From Chromera velia (taxonomy: Eukaryota), in NCBI GenBank assembly GCA_018398765.1, contig JAHBMJ010000277.1, positions 62,001-126,000 on the forward strand: a stretch of 64,000 bases of DNA, in the 5' to 3' direction. Shown piece by piece: positions 62,725 through 64,000 of the stretch. Positions within the stretch are counted from its first letter, which is position 1, and each line of letters opens with the position of its first letter. Made by a program: the position numbers and the translations under genes. Under the pieces are notes generated by a model. That model worked only from the letters and a program-made list of their open reading frames with translations. It did not search any database and was not told the DNA's origin.

Positions 62725-64000
62725 GCTTCCTTTTACACTTTGTCAAAGGGAGTCAATATTCAACAATAGTCTTTCTCAATTGAAATCAATGCACGTATCT
62801 AGGAATTTATCTAGGCGTAGGCTAAAGAAAACAAAAGCAAAAAATATATGATCGATTGATGTATAATCGATCGATCGGATCGATCAAGGCTAGGATCTAG
62901 ACTAGGATCAAGATTCTGATTCAAATGTTTTTTCCTAGAATAGTAGAATCTTTCTTATTTTTTATATAGATTGATTGATACAGCTGAGTTTAGCTAAGTG
63001 ATAAGTGATGATACCAGGCTGAGGCTGCTAAGCACTACTGCTGCACTAGGCTCAGCTATATTTAACAATTAATACTTTGATAAGAACAGTTTTACAACAT
63101 ATGAATAATACTGAGACTTGTATAATTAACACTCAAATAACAGCTCAGTTACAGCTGCTTTACTAGCTACTTTATTGAATATTTATAAAAAAATAATAAT
63201 TTTCTTTGGCCCAGACTTCGCGAAATTTTTCCCTTTTGCCTACCCTTTGACCTTCCGAGTCTATATGCCAGTGATGCTTCGGTACATGCGTATACTATAG
63301 ATCCATAATTTTTTTATTTTACTTTTTCATTCTTTTTTCTTTAAAAAATGGTGATATGCACGCGCGCAGTGTATGGCGCCTGTCATATATTTTTTTAACT
63401 TAAGGTGCTATGTTTTTATTATCTATAACTTATTTTTTATAGATTGAATTCAAAATGTTTAATGGTGTTATATTATGGCACCTGACTCACGTAACTTGAG
63501 GCAGACAGCTTTGTCACTTGGCTTTGAGGATCGATTGTTTTATGTATGTTTTGTGCATGTAAGCTCACATCCGTTCAGGAGAACACAGGTACTAAAGCAT
63601 CATGGATCGAGGTGATGGAGTAGTGACTCCTTCAACGAGCGTAAAGGAGTGTGACGTGGCTAGGGACAGGTGAATGCTGTGTTCTGTATTCTTAAACAGT
63701 TTTTTCTTCTCTCGAAACAGTCACCGTGACGCACGCACGCGCAGCCCCAGAGTCCCTACGATGAACCCAAACGGCATGCATCTCAGGCAGGTTGATGCAC
63801 CGACAGCTAGCTAGAAGGAAATTCGTTCCCTTCACTCAACTGGTGAAGAGAAACGACGCCAGTCTTTCATTCCGTTTGTAAACTCAAAGGCATCTCTTTT
63901 TTCTCACCCCCCCCTCGCTGCTGTGCTGTGATGGTCATGTTAACCTTCTCAAGAAGTTCAGTCACAGCCTCTCTTGCCTCCTCTCTGACCTTCAGCTCGA

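Overview
Eukaryotic, intron-rich, microsatellite-laden nuclear DNA. Bipartite signal-plus-Phe plastid leaders and abundant TGCATGCA suggest a chromerid alveolate such as Chromera; this is an inference. Apparently intact genes: a partial WD40-like gene (-), a membrane hybrid histidine kinase (+), a plastid-targeted ribosome recycling factor (-), kinesin-5/BimC (+), a fused YeeE/YedE sulfur transporter (-), a plastid-targeted LETM1-like protein (+), a coiled-coil/54-bp-repeat/C2H2 protein (+) and a DHHC palmitoyltransferase (+). AT/TpA-rich islands holding decayed MITEs separate the genes. Also present: a La-like/CCCH/ankyrin pseudogene interrupted by a MITE, and a degenerate Ty3/gypsy-type LTR element with PBS and PPT. 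Two signals stand out. (1) At five exon-intron junctions in two unrelated genes, a 28-53 bp direct duplication of junction sequence encloses an AT-rich filler. Each filler is a patchwork, in both orientations, of one shared ~26-nt hairpin-like unit (AATTCTGTATGWAAATRAATCCATAC), suggesting an uncharacterised templated-insertion/repair or micro-transposon system that remodels splice sites. (2) Repeat copies differ almost only by C>T/G>A transitions (23 of 23 in the aligned LTR body), and the pseudogene carries only TAG/TAA premature stops, resembling repeat-induced point mutation. All alignments and gene models were made by eye.
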